From the NCBI RefSeq assembly GCF_004010195.1, contig NC_057720.1, positions 19,831,269 to 19,895,268 of the forward strand: DNA of 64,000 nt, read 5' to 3'. Below the pieces are notes generated by a model. That model made no database searches. It saw only the letters and a program-made list of their open reading frames with translations, and was not told the DNA's origin. Positions 1 to 12,350 of this stretch are shown piece by piece. The translations under genes were made by a program, and so were the position numbers. Positions within the stretch are counted from its first letter, which is position 1, and the number at the start of each line of letters is the position of its first letter. This stretch comes from Chiloscyllium plagiosum. Taxonomy: Eukaryota.

Positions 1-1250
1 AGGAAATGTAGCAAGTTAATGTAGAAGTGTTGCAAATAATAAGGAGAACATGGCTGATCTTAAGGTCAGCCTAGACTGGTGAAATGCACAGAAAAATGGC
101 AGGTGCTAAATAAATTGGCTGAGACCACAAGATGGTGGACCAAGAATGTGTTATCATTCACTGTAATTTTGGTGACTAATGGCCAAACCAGGAGTCCAGT
201 GAGTTGGCCATGATCACATACTTTGAGGACCAACAGAATTTCACAAACTTGGAAACCTTAAGAATACATGGCTGAAGATTATTATTCTAGTTTCTATTTG
301 GGAAGATGTCTTAAAAAGAATACACCGGTGCCACTTAGTCGCAGACGAGGCTCAATCAATAATGTGATGGTCAGAGAGCTCAATGGAAATTAAACTTATT
401 GTTAAATCTGTGATTGCACAATATTGGAAACTACAAAACAGACTTATCATCATTGAAGAAATGAAAGTTTGTGAGAAGATGTAGATGAGGAGAAAAGGAA
501 TGTGCAGTACAACCCACTTGAAGTCATTGACAAATCTGTAACTGAAGTTGCTCAGACAGCAAACTAGAATGATGAATGAACGGTACTGCAAAAACAACAG
601 ACAACTGTGGTTGCCAGTTCTGAAGAAAGGTCACTGGACCCAAAATGTTAGCTCTACTATCTCTCCACAAATGCTGCCAGACCTGCTGAGTTTTTCCAGC
701 AATTTCTGCTTTTGTTTCAAACTGTAGATTTGGCTTTGGTGCAGATGATGAGATGACATGAGCAACATTTCAACCTATTGTCTTCCAAAGAAGAATAATC
801 AATTTCAGGGACAAAGATAATGCCGAGTCAGCAGTAATTCTCCAGTAACATGACTGACAATGCGAAAATGCCTCGTTCATAAGAAGGGCATCCAGAGAGG
901 GTGCATGAAGGTGTCAAAACTCCTCAACAGGTTGAAGTGCTTACACTCTTCAACAGCAGGTTAAAGATTTGCTTGCTTAATGTACTGATCTTGCAGCGAA
1001 GTGAGATCTCTAGTTGCAGCTTATCTCACTTATACTAATAACAGCTCAAATCAGTGTTGTTCTTTAGGAACTGCAACTATGGGCCTACTATGAAGGCAAC
1101 AAGATTGTTTCAACAGCAGAACAAGATGTAGATACATTGTGACCTTTGGCTTCAGTTGCACAGAACACATGAATGTCTCAGTCTATTTGAAAGGGCTAAA
1201 TTGAATAGAGATTCTTCTAGGTAACTTCAATTTTTGATACGCACCTTTTA
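1..1250 (+). mobile_element. Possible very old hAT-like transposase relic in ABCA4 intron 5
   Basis: Purine-biased, coding-like sequence with a GFGAD-like patch (~733-747). No intact ORF. Confidence 0.2.
618..720 (+). mobile_element. Old PLE-type pLTR fragment with decayed hammerhead
   Basis: ttCTGAAGAaaggtcactggacccAAAAtgtta...gctgccagacctgctgagtttttccagc. Related copies at 23715-23840 (-) and 2040-2250. Confidence 0.6.
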
Positions 1251-2039
1251 ATTTAATCAATTGATAAATAATGCTTAACACAAATCTAAAAGTGGTGTTC
1301 AACAGTAAAACCACAAGTCAAATCTTTGTGAGCCTCTGTAAATCATTTGACATTTATGCAGTTATGCTTGAGATGCAAAGATATTATACTGTTTGTTTGC
1401 TAGATTGCTATTCAAGACTTATCCATGTGTCATAACCACAAACACCCAGAAATATACTGTGGTCAAAGAACCCTGTCACTAAAGTGTTGACAGCTCCTTA
1501 GGAATTCTCCGGCTGAAAGCTTTTTAAAAAAGGTTAAGGTAGTTGATGTCTGGGTAATTTTGAATCACAGCATACGTGGATGTTTTCTCATTATTTTATT
1601 ATTTGCATATGAAAAGATTCTTTAGAGTTGTGTTTCAATTTTGTTATTATCCCAGCACTGTCAGTCAGTGCTGCTTCCCACACTGGTGCATTCCATCTGG
1701 TAAAGAATTTGAGGCCACACACCATTACCAAAGGGAACATTCTGATGCAGATTGTAATTACTTCAACACTCAGACATTCAGTGAGTGAAGGGCTGCACTG
1801 TGTCTAAAACTTCTGGTTAAGGGTCTGCACTGGACTTGTGAATAAATCCCTTCTAACAGATTCTCATCTGTTCTTTTTAAACACTCTTTTAAAAATTAGC
1901 ACATGTTTGATTATGATTTTTAATTGTACAGTGGGATGAAATAGCAATATCAGCCACAGAAATGTTGATTTGTTTGATCAGGTGCCTGTGCCACACCTCA
2001 GAACAATTTGTTATATAAAATACATCATATAAAGCTAAG

Positions 2040-2250
2040 TAAAAACAAAAGATGCTGAAGAAACATGTAATGTCTGGCAGCAACTGTGGAGACAGCAACA
2101 GAGTTAATGTCATCTTCAGAATTCTGTCATAATCATATTGGTAGCATTAACTCTGTTTCTGTCTTCCAAGATACTGCGAGACCTGCTGAGTTTCTCCAGT
2201 ACTTTGTTTTTATTTCAGATTTCCAGCATACACAGTATTTTGCTTTTATC
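2040..2250. mobile_element. Old decayed inverted PLE pLTR pair
   Basis: acagagttaatg / cattaactctgt inverted around cagaattctg (~2121). 3' end ttcagatttccagcat. Confidence 0.55.
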
Positions 2251-3382
2251 TCAATACAAGTTCTTTCTTTCAATTTGTTTATGAGATGAGGGCATCCCTA
2301 GTGAGGCCAAAATCTATTGGACACCCCCAGTTGACCTTGAGAAGGTGGTGGTGAACACTGAACTGCTGCTGTCTGCGTGGTGCTGGGTTGTCCACAGTAC
2401 TGTTATGGAGGGAATTCCAGGATTTTGACTAGGCAACAAAGAAAGAACAAAGATGTAGTTCCAAGTCAGGATGGTGTGTGTTTGGAAGGAGACCTGCAGA
2501 TGATGGTATTCCCATGTGTCTGTTTCCCTCGTCCTTTTAGTGGACAGAGGTTAATGGGACACTGTTGTTGCCTAAGTCCCTTGTCTTCAGTTTTCACTCC
2601 TCCAGGTGCATATAGCATTTGCAAGTAAAGCTCGGTGACTTGATAGCAGGTCACTCCTATGTTCTCTCTGTGCCAGGTTTCTGGTGGCACCTGACCCAAG
2701 GGTGATTATGCTGATTCCTCTGTACCAGGAGTAGATTGTACCAACTCAGTCCAGTTGAATGAGAGAGTTCTTGGAGCATGGCCTGACTGATGAATCTCCG
2801 TGGCAATAAACTTTCTCCCTCACAAATAAATTTCTAATTAAATAACCAACATCCATAAATGCTCTGGAGCTGGGACACTGGATGATGCTATGAGCCAGAA
2901 TAGAACAGTGACATTAATTAATATTGTGCTTCTTCACAATGAGTACTCTGGTGCATCTAATACTTTTAAAAGGGAACTGGGTCACATTTTGTTGAGAAAG
3001 GAATTCTAAATGAAGAAATATTAATAATTTGATTTGCAAGGGTTTTATGGAATTTAAAAACAAAATAAATAATGCTAGAAAAGAAAACTCAATAGGTCAG
3101 ATAGCATTGCTGTTGAGAGTAACAGATTTAATATGTTTGATTTCAATTTTGTCTGAACGGTTGAGTTTTGAATGAGTTATAATGGCTAACATTCAAGGTC
3201 AATGACATTTCATTAGAAATGGCATTATAGAATTTTTGGCTGGGTCTTTGTTGAATGAGTCTTTGTCTGAGGTTGCCATCTTTAGAAAGTGGCAAAAGTG
3301 AATTTGATTGTCAGAATGGCCCTTACCCATTACTGAATAGCTTATGTTATCACATGAGAAACAGAACCATAGCAAATCTCAC

Positions 3383-3510
3383 CTGTTCAGGCCGCACTTG
3401 GGCATTGATCAATTGATAAACGACAGAGTCCGAGAGTTCAATTTCCTTGAGTAAAAAGGAGGTCAGGACTTCATCATCCTTCAGAATATCCCTGATTCGA
3501 ATACCTCTTC
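3383..3510 (-). CDS. ABCA4: ABCA4 exon 5 ([43 protein letters not shown]); gene continues beyond window start
   Basis: 128 bp. AG at 3512-3511, donor [20 protein letters not shown]...LSDSVVY.LIN.QVRPEQ is characteristic of ABCA4. Confidence 0.97.
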
Positions 3511-3730
3511 CTTCAAATAGAATAGGAGTGTCATGCAAACAGAAAATAGAAAAAGATTGTTTTTTTTGACCTATCAATTTTTTTTGTTTGTTTTATCTTG
3601 CTACTTTAGTCAGAATGTCAGATTGCAGATCTCAGATGTTATATCTGATAGCTAATTTGTGGAAAAATTAGTTAGTCTACACTTGTGATAAATGTATTCA
3701 CAGAATAAAACATTACAGGTCTGTATTAGT

Positions 3731-4050
3731 GGGTGGCACGGTGGCACAGTGGTTAGCACTGCTGCCTCACAGCGCCAGAGGCCCGGGTTCAATTTCCGCC
3801 TCAAGCGACTCTGTGTGAAGTTTGCACATTCTCCCCGTGTCTGCGTGGGTTTCCTCCGGGTGCTTCGATTTCCTCCCACAGTCCAAAGATGTGCAGGTCA
3901 GGTGAATTGGCCATGCTAAATTGCCCGTAGTGTTAGGTAAGGGGTAAATGTAGGGGTATGGGTGCGTTGCGCTTCGGCGGGTCGGTGTGGACTTGTTGGG
4001 CTGAAGGGCCTGTTTCCACACTGTAATGTAATGTAATTTAATCTAATCTA
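3731..4050 (+). mobile_element. HE1/V-SINE-type tRNA-derived SINE, full length
   Basis: GGGTGGCACGGTGGCACAGTGGTTAGC A box, GGTTCAATTTCC B box, central V-SINE-like domain, CR1-like tail and (TAATC)n end. Confidence 0.85.
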
Positions 4051-4255
4051 TCTCCTGACTCCACTCAACTGTCATGTTGTTAAATGTCATTTTAGATATG
4101 GTCAAATCAACTTTCAATCAACCCATGTGTTATTACGTGCCTTTTTAGATACATATAAGTAATCATCCAATCAAGAACTTTTGCTTGTATGTACTTGTAT
4201 GTACTTAACGTAACTGATTACATTTGACAATACAGTAGGGGGCCTTTTAACCCAT

Positions 4256-5123
4256 TGCAACTGTGCCAGATCTTTGGAAGAGCGATTTGATTAACGTTGG
4301 AGGAGTGGTAAGCACTGAGGCTGATACAAATTGACTGTGCCAGGACATAACTAGACTGATAGAATGGGCAGACGAATGGCTGATGGAATTTAATATAGAG
4401 AGGTGTGAGATGCCTGGAGGCATAGGTACATAGATCTTTGAAGGTATTGGCATAAATTGGGGGACTGTTTGACAAGCTTCGTAAACAAACTTGTCTTTGG
4501 TATAAAGCAGTAAGGTTTTGCTGAACCTCTAGTTAGGCCATTACAAGAGTACTGGTCAATAAATCTTAGGAAAGATCCAAGTGTCTTTGAGCACAATGTT
4601 ATTTACCAGAATAGTTCCAGGAATAGTGGATTTTAGAAGATTAGGTTGTACAAGCCAGGGTTGTTCACCTTGAAGCAAAGGAGATTGTGGGGAGATTTGT
4701 TAGAAATGTGCATGATCAGGACAGGCTTGGACAGGGTAGGTAAGAAAAATGTGTTTCTATTCACTGAGATGCAAGAACTCCAGGACACAGATTTAAGGTT
4801 TTGGCTAACAGATGCAGGTGGGAATGTGAGAAAGAACATTCATTTGTTTGAGCACGGAAAGCTACACATACATTGGTCCAGACAGCCCTGTAATTGCAGA
4901 AGCTTGTCAAACAGTCTCCCAATTTATGCCAACACCTTCAAAGATCTATGTACCTATGCCTCCAGGCATCTCACACCTCTCTATATTAAATTCCATCAGC
5001 CACTCGTCTGCCCATTCTATCAGCCTAGTTATGTCCTGGCACAGTCAATTTGTATCAGCCTCAGTGCTTACCACTCCTCCAACGTTAATTAAATCGCTCT
5101 TACAAAAATCTGGCACAGTTGCA
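4256..5123. repeat. 225-bp inverted duplication (4256-4480 vs 4899-5123) of a decayed CR1 fragment
   Basis: Arms differ at about 7 positions by eye. 418-bp spacer continues the CR1 3' region. Confidence 0.92.
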
Positions 5124-5209
5124 GAAAGAACATCAACATGTTAATTTCAGCTCAATCAACTACTCTCTGATTTATTTCTCAGGGCAATGCCTTGACCATC
5201 AGAATTAAC

Positions 5210-5430
5210 CTGGATCAGTGGTGCTGGAAGAGCACAGCAATTCAGGCAGCATCCGAGGACAGGCAAAATCGACGTTTCGGGCAAAAGCCCTTCATCAGGA
5301 AGCCTTCCTGATGAAGGGGTTTTGCCCGAAACGTCGATTTTGCCTGTCCTCGGATGCTGCCTGAATTGCTGTGCTCTTCCAGCACCACTGATCCAGAATC
5401 TGGTTTCCAGCATCTGCAGTCATTGTTTTT
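5210..5430. mobile_element. Penelope-like (PLE) pLTR insertion, inverted-hairpin form, hammerhead core on both strands
   Basis: Arms ~5210-5301 and 5305-5396 are reverse complements. Motif CTGATGA-AGGGC-TTTT-GCCC-GAAACGTC. 18-bp TSD accatcaga(a/g)ttaacctg at 5195-5212 and 5431-5448. Confidence 0.85.
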
Positions 5431-5744
5431 ACCATCAGAGTTAACCTGCCTAGTTTAAAATCTAACAGCCTGGCAAACTGTCAATTTCCATTAAGTGGTG
5501 CATTTTCAGTGGTAATACTTCTAGTAATCAGACTTCACTTGCCAACCAATCAGCACTATTCTTTCATTGGCTAGAAATGTTGGTTTTCCCTTGAATTGTA
5601 TTCTTGTAAATTGTCCTGATGGATACAAGACAAATAGCTTTATCAAAATGTTTACCTTTTGGAATTACTCATGATCCTTTTATGCAGTGAGTAGCAATGA
5701 CCTGGAACTTGTTGCCCAATGGTATGGTTGAAGCAAATATTGCC

Positions 5745-6275
5745 TCCTTCCTATTGGAAGGATGTTGATAAACTTGAATCGGTTCAGAAAAGATTTACAA
5801 GGATGTTGCCAGGGTTGGAGTGTTTAAGCTATAGGGAGAGGATGAATAAGCTGGGGCTGTTTTCCCTGGAGCGTCAGAGGCTGAGGGGTGATCTTATCAC
5901 GGTTTATAAAATCATGAGGGGCATGGAAAGGATAAATAGACAAAGTCTTTTTCCTGGGGTGGGGAAGTCCACAACTAGAGGGCATAGGTTTAGGGTGAGA
6001 GGGGAAAGATATAAAAGAGACCTACAGGGCAACGTTTTCACACAGAGTGTGGTACGTGTATGGAATGAGCTGCCAGAGGAAGTGGTGGAGGCTGGTACAA
6101 TTGCAACATTTAAAAGGCATCTGGATGGGTATAGGAATAGGAAGGGTTTGGAGGAATATGGGCCAGGTACTGGCAGGTGGGACTAGAATGATTTGGGATA
6201 TCTGGTTGGTATGGACAATTTGGACCAAAGGATTTGTTTCCATGCTGTATATCTCTATAACTCTCTGACTCTATG
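5745..6275 (+). mobile_element. CR1 LINE 3' end (ORF2 C-terminus)
   Basis: LESVQKRFTRMLPGL...LFSLERQRLRGDLI.VYKI...WNELPEEVVEA, with (ACTCTATG)-like tail. Confidence 0.92.
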
Positions 6276-6698
6276 ATCAATGGTTTCAAAAGGAAATTAG
6301 AAGGCCACTTGATGGAAATAAATTTACCAAGGTGACAGGGAAAGAGTAGGTACTGGGCTATTGATTGTTTTGCTCACAAGTAAGCCAGTATGGACTGAAT
6401 GGCCTCTTTCTTTACCATCAATAATTTCTAGACAGCCATGATTATATTTCAAAGTGACTTCATTGGCTTCAATCTCCCTCCCTGTCCATTGTGTTTAAAT
6501 AGTGACATGGATAGGAAGGGTTTAGAGAGACATAGGCCAAATGCTGGCAATTGGGACTAGTCCAGTTTAGGAAACCTAGTCAGCATGGATGAGTTGGGCC
6601 AAAGGATCTTTTTCCGTGCTATACAAGTGCTCTATGAAAGGAGGTATATGATGCAAATCTTTCTTATGATAAAGGATGACTATAGAGCTTCTTCTTGC

Positions 6699-6838
6699 CT
6701 GCAACCTTTCTAGGATTCGTTCTGAGTACATCCATGAAGTCTGACAGAAAACACACATCATCCCAGATCTTCCTCAGCTTATAGATTTCAGGCTTATCAA
6801 ACAGCAGCTCCTGAACATCTGCGTACACTCGAGCAAGT
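6699..6838 (-). CDS. ABCA4: ABCA4 exon 4 (LARVYADVQELLFDKPEIYKLRKIWDDVCFLSDFMDVLRTNPRKVA-G), GC donor
   Basis: 140 bp. Acceptor TTTCAG at 6844-6839. Similar to human LARVYRDFQELL...FMDTLRTHPERIAG. Ends GCAG|GCAAGA. Confidence 0.93.
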
Positions 6839-8294
6839 CTGAAACAAAGTACCAGAGAATTCAAAAACGTTAGTTTTCATAGCATGTGATCCAAACCTTC
6901 AGCTGCTACCTTTTAACAATGTACATGGATAAATGTAAATGTTGAAGCAGAGCTGCAGGGTTTTATGTTAGGCCCTTCAGCTGCACTAAGTCAGCTCATT
7001 AGAACCAAGGCAGAAGTTGGTGATGCCACAACTGACCTCAGAGAGCTTGTTAGAATAGAGAGGGAGGGGAATAGCTTTCAGATTCCATGATCAGAGTGAG
7101 AGTGTGAGTGTGAGTGAGTCCTTCAGAATGAAAGTCAGGAACTAGAATGTGGAATCTTTTAAAGTGAGGAGGTGCTTGCTTTGCATCTACCACACAATTC
7201 TGGCTGACATGAAAACTCTCCCAATCTTGCTTCCCGATGTAGGTGCATTGGAGGGATTTACAGATCAACAGTTAATTACTTGCATTATGAACACTTTCAA
7301 AATACATTAAGTTCTGAGGGGGCACTGGAATTTGGAGCTTCTGTTGCAGCAGTAGGGATGCTACTAATGATGCTACCTTTGATTGTCCACCAGGAGGTAT
7401 ATTACCCTGGATCATTGTGGGAAAATATGCATGGTTTGAAATCAGGTAAGGACAAGGCCTCAGTTACAAACTGTTTACTGTTACCTGCTCACCGTCATTC
7501 ATTGATTCATGCATGAGGGATAACCGCTTTAATGAGGAGGTAGAAGGATGTTAGTCTCTTGGGAACTATATGCTTGCAAGAGTCAGTGCACTTAGAAAAG
7601 GATGAGGAGGATAACAGCTCCCCTCCCATAAGTACATACACAAAAATTCAACAGACAGAATTTACAATGGACTGAATGCAGCCCTCAACATAATTATCTT
7701 TAGTAAGCTTCACAATGCAGGATGACTTATCATACCTTAAAATATAATTAAACGTCAACTATGTTAAAATAACTATCACATTTGACTGGATTCAAAAAAG
7801 ACATACAAATCTTAGCTATCATGGTACATTTCCAACATCAGACTGCTAAGGGAGCTCAGTAACGTTAATGCATTTTGCCATGAGTCAGGGGCCAAATATT
7901 TGATCTCAGCCACTATTGACATTACAACTAAGCTCAGTCTGGTCATCCGTTGCAATAGCAAAACATGCTGGGTCAATGGTAGGAGGCAAACTAATCAGAC
8001 CGAAGGGGTTTGACACACAGCATGTCTTCATCTCCCAATCTTCACTTTCAAGCCCCTATTGAAGAAAGGTCAATATGGGATGGAATCACGCACTGGCCAG
8101 TCACAACACTGAGAGAAGGACAGGAGCTAAAAGAGATATGTCAGTAAAAGATGAAAACAGATTAAGGAATAACTGAAACATCAATAGCATTCACATTTAA
8201 ATCATTTAGGGTTTTCTCAAAGTTTTAAAACTACTTTCACATTTACTTAAGAATGGAGGAGTGAGTTAACTCTAACTATTTGTCTGTTGACAGA

Positions 8295-10440
8295 CAACAA
8301 CAACAACTTATACTTACGTAGCACCTTTAACATGATTAAACATTTCAAAGTGCTTCACAGGAGCCTGACATTGATTCATAAAGAAAGTAATGAAGTCAGA
8401 TAATTAAAAGTTTGGTAAAAGTGGTAGATCTTAAAGGGTATCGGAAGGAAGTAGGTGAGGGAGAAAGGTAGAGAGGGCATTCCAGAACTCAGGGCCAAAC
8501 TGAAGTCACAGCTGCCATTGGAAGAGTGATTGTGATCGGGAATGCACGAAAGATCAAAGTAGAGGAGTGCAGATATCCTGGAGGGTTGTGGATTGAATGA
8601 GATCACAGGAAGTGGGAGGGGCAAATCAAAACTAAGCATGAGAATTTTAAGATCAAGAAATTACTTGACCAAGAACCACTGCAGGTCAACGAATGTAGTG
8701 GTGGTAGGGAAATGGAATTTTCTGTAAGCTAGGAAAAGTGCAGCAGATGATTGGATGACCTCAAGTTTATGAACGGCATACTGTGAGAGTCAAGTCTTGA
8801 GGTGCTACCAGAGATCAGTCTGCAGGACATTGGAATAGTTGAATCTAGAGGTATGAAAGGCACGAATGAGAGTTTTTGCCAGCAGATGAGCTGAGCCAGG
8901 TGCATACACAAGCAATGTTACAGATATGCAAATAGGCCGTCTTAAAGATGGTGCAAAGCTGAGGCCGGAGCTCATCTCAGCATCAAACATCACTCCAGGA
9001 TTGTGAACAGGTTGGTTTAAACTCAGGATATTAACAAAGAAGGATAGAGTAGGAAACAGACTTTGGAACGAGGACCAAGATTGTTGGCTTCAGTCCTCCC
9101 AATATTTAATTGGAGGGTATTTCTGCTCATCATGTACTGGATAAAGGACAAACAGTGTGATAATTAAGCTCCAGTAGTGAAGTGGTGGTGGTGAGGTAGA
9201 GCTGGGTGTCATTAGGCTGATGTGAAGACTAACATTGTGATGATGGATGATGTTGCTGAGGGACACTAGTAGGAGGGTGTTAAGGGTGTTAAGGGTCAAT
9301 CCCTAGGGAACCCCAGAGGTAACTGTGAGGTAGCAGGAAGGGAAGCCATTACTAGTCATTCTCTGGCTACAACTGGATTGATCAGAACAGAACTAAGTGA
9401 TACCATTCCCACCTGGCTGGATGATAAGAAGAAGGTATTGGAGGGGGGACTTTGGAGGAGTGGCCAACTATATCAGAGGCTGTAGACAATTTTAGAAGGA
9501 TGAGGAGGGAACATTTATCTTTATCACAGTTATAGTCACATAGAATGGCATTTTTGTCTTTGAAAAGAACCTTTTAGATACTGTTGTAGAGGCAGATTGG
9601 TGAGATTCAAAGATGGAGTTTCCGGAAAGAAGGGAAGGCATTTGTGAGGTGGCAACAAGTTCGAGGACTTTGGAGTGGAATGGGAGGTCACAGATGGGAC
9701 AATAGATTACAAGAACAAAGGAGTGTTTGCTTGAGGGGCAGAGTGATGATGAAAAAATAAAAGTTGGGAGGGACAACACCTGAATAGAGCGATGCATTTA
9801 CAATATTGGCTGACATGGAGGGCAGGAGGGGAAGTTGGGCGGTTTAATGGGATTAGGATCAAGGGGTGAGGGTGGATTGCATGGTGAAGATGAGCTCAGA
9901 GATGGTCCAAGAGGAGTTAGGAGAGAAACATGCGAGTTCAGAGTTAGGGCAAGGAGAAGCATTAAGGAAAAGTTTAGCCAGGCAATTTGGGGGCAAGAAG
10001 GTACATAACAGAGGCAGCTGATCAGACGGCCTCCATCCTAGTGACAAAGAAGCTCCATCAGCTCCTGACAGACATTGTTGGAGGTGAGCTGGAGGAGGCT
10101 GGGCCAAGGTGTTTATGAAGTCAGTTTGCAATCATGAAAATAAGTCTTAGGCAATCTTTGCATTCCAGGATGATCCTAAAAGATTGAGCCATTTAATAGT
10201 CAAGAGTATGACCCAGCACGTTTTTTAAGAAGTGGTCTAACCAAATGTGGGATGGAGCTAATGGATCACCATATCCTTTTAAATCTGGGTTACTTGGAGT
10301 TAAATTGAACAGAGCTGAGGGTTGTACTAGGGAGATTGACCAGGGTGAATGGGACAAACTGTCTCACTGTGGCTTAGGGCATTGAAGTTGGAGGTGAGAG
10401 CACCTCAAGTGAAACAGTTACCCATCTAACTTGTTAATAT
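8295..10440 (-). mobile_element. L2 LINE, decayed 3' ~2 kb
   Basis: (CAA)n plus gtagcacctttaac...aaagtgcttcacagg L2 tail. ORF remnants HAFxTSRxxYSN and stop-riddled RT. Related pieces at 14915-15310 (+) and 35905-36500 (-). Confidence 0.7.
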
Positions 10441-10555
10441 TGTCACTAATGTCACTACTGCCAGCACTTATTCTGTAACCATCAGATTTTAGGTTTGCTA
10501 CAAACACAATATAATAAATGTTTACTGCAGTCTCAAATCCTGAAACTATACTTAC

Positions 10556-10697
10556 ATGGAGTTATTGTAGTTTGAAACCACACCAGGAGATTCTCCGTGT
10601 GTAGGGTAGCGGAAGCAGGGGTTGTTCAGATTACAGAAAATTCCCTGTAACCATGGCAACATTCCTGCAGAGGGCATCGCTTTATTTGGAAAATGGC
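10556..10697 (-). CDS. ABCA4: ABCA4 exon 3 ([47 protein letters not shown])
   Basis: 142 bp. AG acceptor at 10699-10698, donor GTAAGT. Highly conserved ABCA ECD1 start, with ABCA4-type [14 protein letters not shown]. Confidence 0.98.
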
Positions 10698-11227
10698 CTA
10701 AGTAGGGAAAACATGCAAAGAAGTTTCAAAATATGTTATCTGCAAGCTTATTCTTCTTAGAAACTTATTTAAATTCTTTTAAAACAAAGCTGCCGATTCC
10801 AAAGAAAGGAGCTCTGTTTCTCATTCTGTTTCTTTTGATTATATTAATACTTCAGCTAAAGCAAGTGTCCTTGGAACTGTATCAACTATTCAGTTTCAGC
10901 CCAAGCACCAGAAAGCTTCTCCGTGCCATAGCTCTGTTGCTGCCATTCTGTGTCCATGAAATATGCACCTCTTGGGGAAAGAGATTGATGAATGAGGGCA
11001 GCTTGTGGCATGCAGTTATTATTCAGACCAAAAACAGATGGGGAGTCCTGCCAACATTATCCACTTGTAAAATCTTACACTCAGCAGCTCCTCGTGAAAC
11101 ACTGTTGTGTTCAGTTTCGAGCTGATACGACTGGAGAGTCAAAGTGATGACTAGTCTTCCTGGCATCAAATTACAGGGAAGCAATTTAGAAACAACGAGA
11201 AATGTTACAGCGTTTGCTCTTACTCAC

Positions 11228-11321
11228 ATTCATGTTGTTGGTAGAGTGGGTTTGATTTCCGTAACCAAACCAAAACAAAGAACAGTGAGAGGGGCCAGAC
11301 GAGTTCCACTAGAAAACGGAG
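11228..11321 (-). CDS. ABCA4: ABCA4 exon 2 ([32 protein letters not shown]; first TM helix)
   Basis: 94 bp. AG acceptor at 11323-11322, donor GTGAGT. Closely matches ABCA4 [21 protein letters not shown]. Phase continuous with exons 1 and 3. Confidence 0.97.
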
Positions 11322-12034
11322 CTAGTAAAGATTATAAAATAGGGATTAGTTTAAGAACAATGTTAAAAAGCAACAAGTTCATGTTGAGAGAAAAAGCCCT
11401 TACAATTTCAGGTTTCCTCCCGGTCAAATTCAATTTTATCTCAATTATTTTCCATTACATCTCCTAACCAGGTAAATAGTTGATCACATCAATAACTTTT
11501 GAAAGTCTCTTTCAAGTTGGATGAGCTGAGAACAGATGTTACATTTTACTGGTATTGCAAGTCTAACATAACACACATTTCAGAATGCAGGCCCCTGCCC
11601 CAATGTATTGTAACTAATTTGCACCACTTTAAAACAAGTTATGCTGCATTTCAGGACTGATGTGTGGACTTAGTTCATGGTTACTAGGAGCTGTATCCCA
11701 AATAAATATAGCTAGAAGCAAATTACATTGTCAGCTCTGATCAGTTTAGCATTCAGAAAAAAAATCAAGTCAGCAGTGTCTTTGACCGACAAATGACATA
11801 TCCCAGAGAAAGGATCAGGAACAAATCACACTTCTTGTCTTAATAGACTTAAGGAAAGCTTTCACTGCTGTGAGCACAGCACTATACTTGCCAAGCACAG
11901 GTGACATGGAAGTGATAATGCCATTGGTTAATAGAACGATGGCACGTCATCAAACCAGCATTTACCTGTCTAGATCAATTAGTGATATTCCCTCACATCT
12001 TTTCCTGGATTGTCCATATGCCTGACATATCCAA

Positions 12035-12350
12035 TGGAGGCAGCAGTGTAGTAGTAATGTCACTTGACTAGCATCCAGAACCCAAGGCCAATGATCTGGG
12101 GACATGGGTATAAGTCCCACCATGGCTGGAATAAAGAGCTGGCTCAATGAGAACCACTTAACTGTTGTTGATTGTTGTTTAAAAACCCATCTTGTTCACT
12201 AATGCCCTTTAGGGAAGGAAATCTGCCATCTTCACCTACTCTGAGCTACCCGTGACTCCACAGCAATGTAGTCGACTCTTTAGTTGCCCTAATTTAGGTA
12301 ATTAGGAGCAATAAATGCTGACCTAGTTAACATCCCATTAATGAGTTTAA
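12035..12350 (+). mobile_element. Second tRNA-derived SINE family (related copies ~36515-36990 and ~57650-57840, minus strand)
   Basis: Decayed A/B boxes (gtgtagtagtaatgtcac...gggtataagtcccaccatggc) and shared body ttcactaatgcccttagggaaggaaatctgcc. Confidence 0.6.

Noticed and set aside
530..570. ctagTTTGCT on the minus strand as a possible start of ABCA4 exon 6 (FAHG...)
   Set aside because: Reads F-A-V-stop with no DIACSE-like motif. Exon 6 was not found in the window.
5210..5396. Hairpins interpreted as MITEs, miRNA precursors or CRISPR-like repeats
   Set aside because: Asymmetric 3' extension, variable 10-18 bp TSDs and hammerhead cores fit PLE pLTRs. There is no repeat-spacer array and the DNA is eukaryotic.
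10733..11467. Plus-strand ORFs of 130 and 107 aa
   Set aside because: Antisense to ABCA4 intron 2/exon 2, with no recognisable homology.
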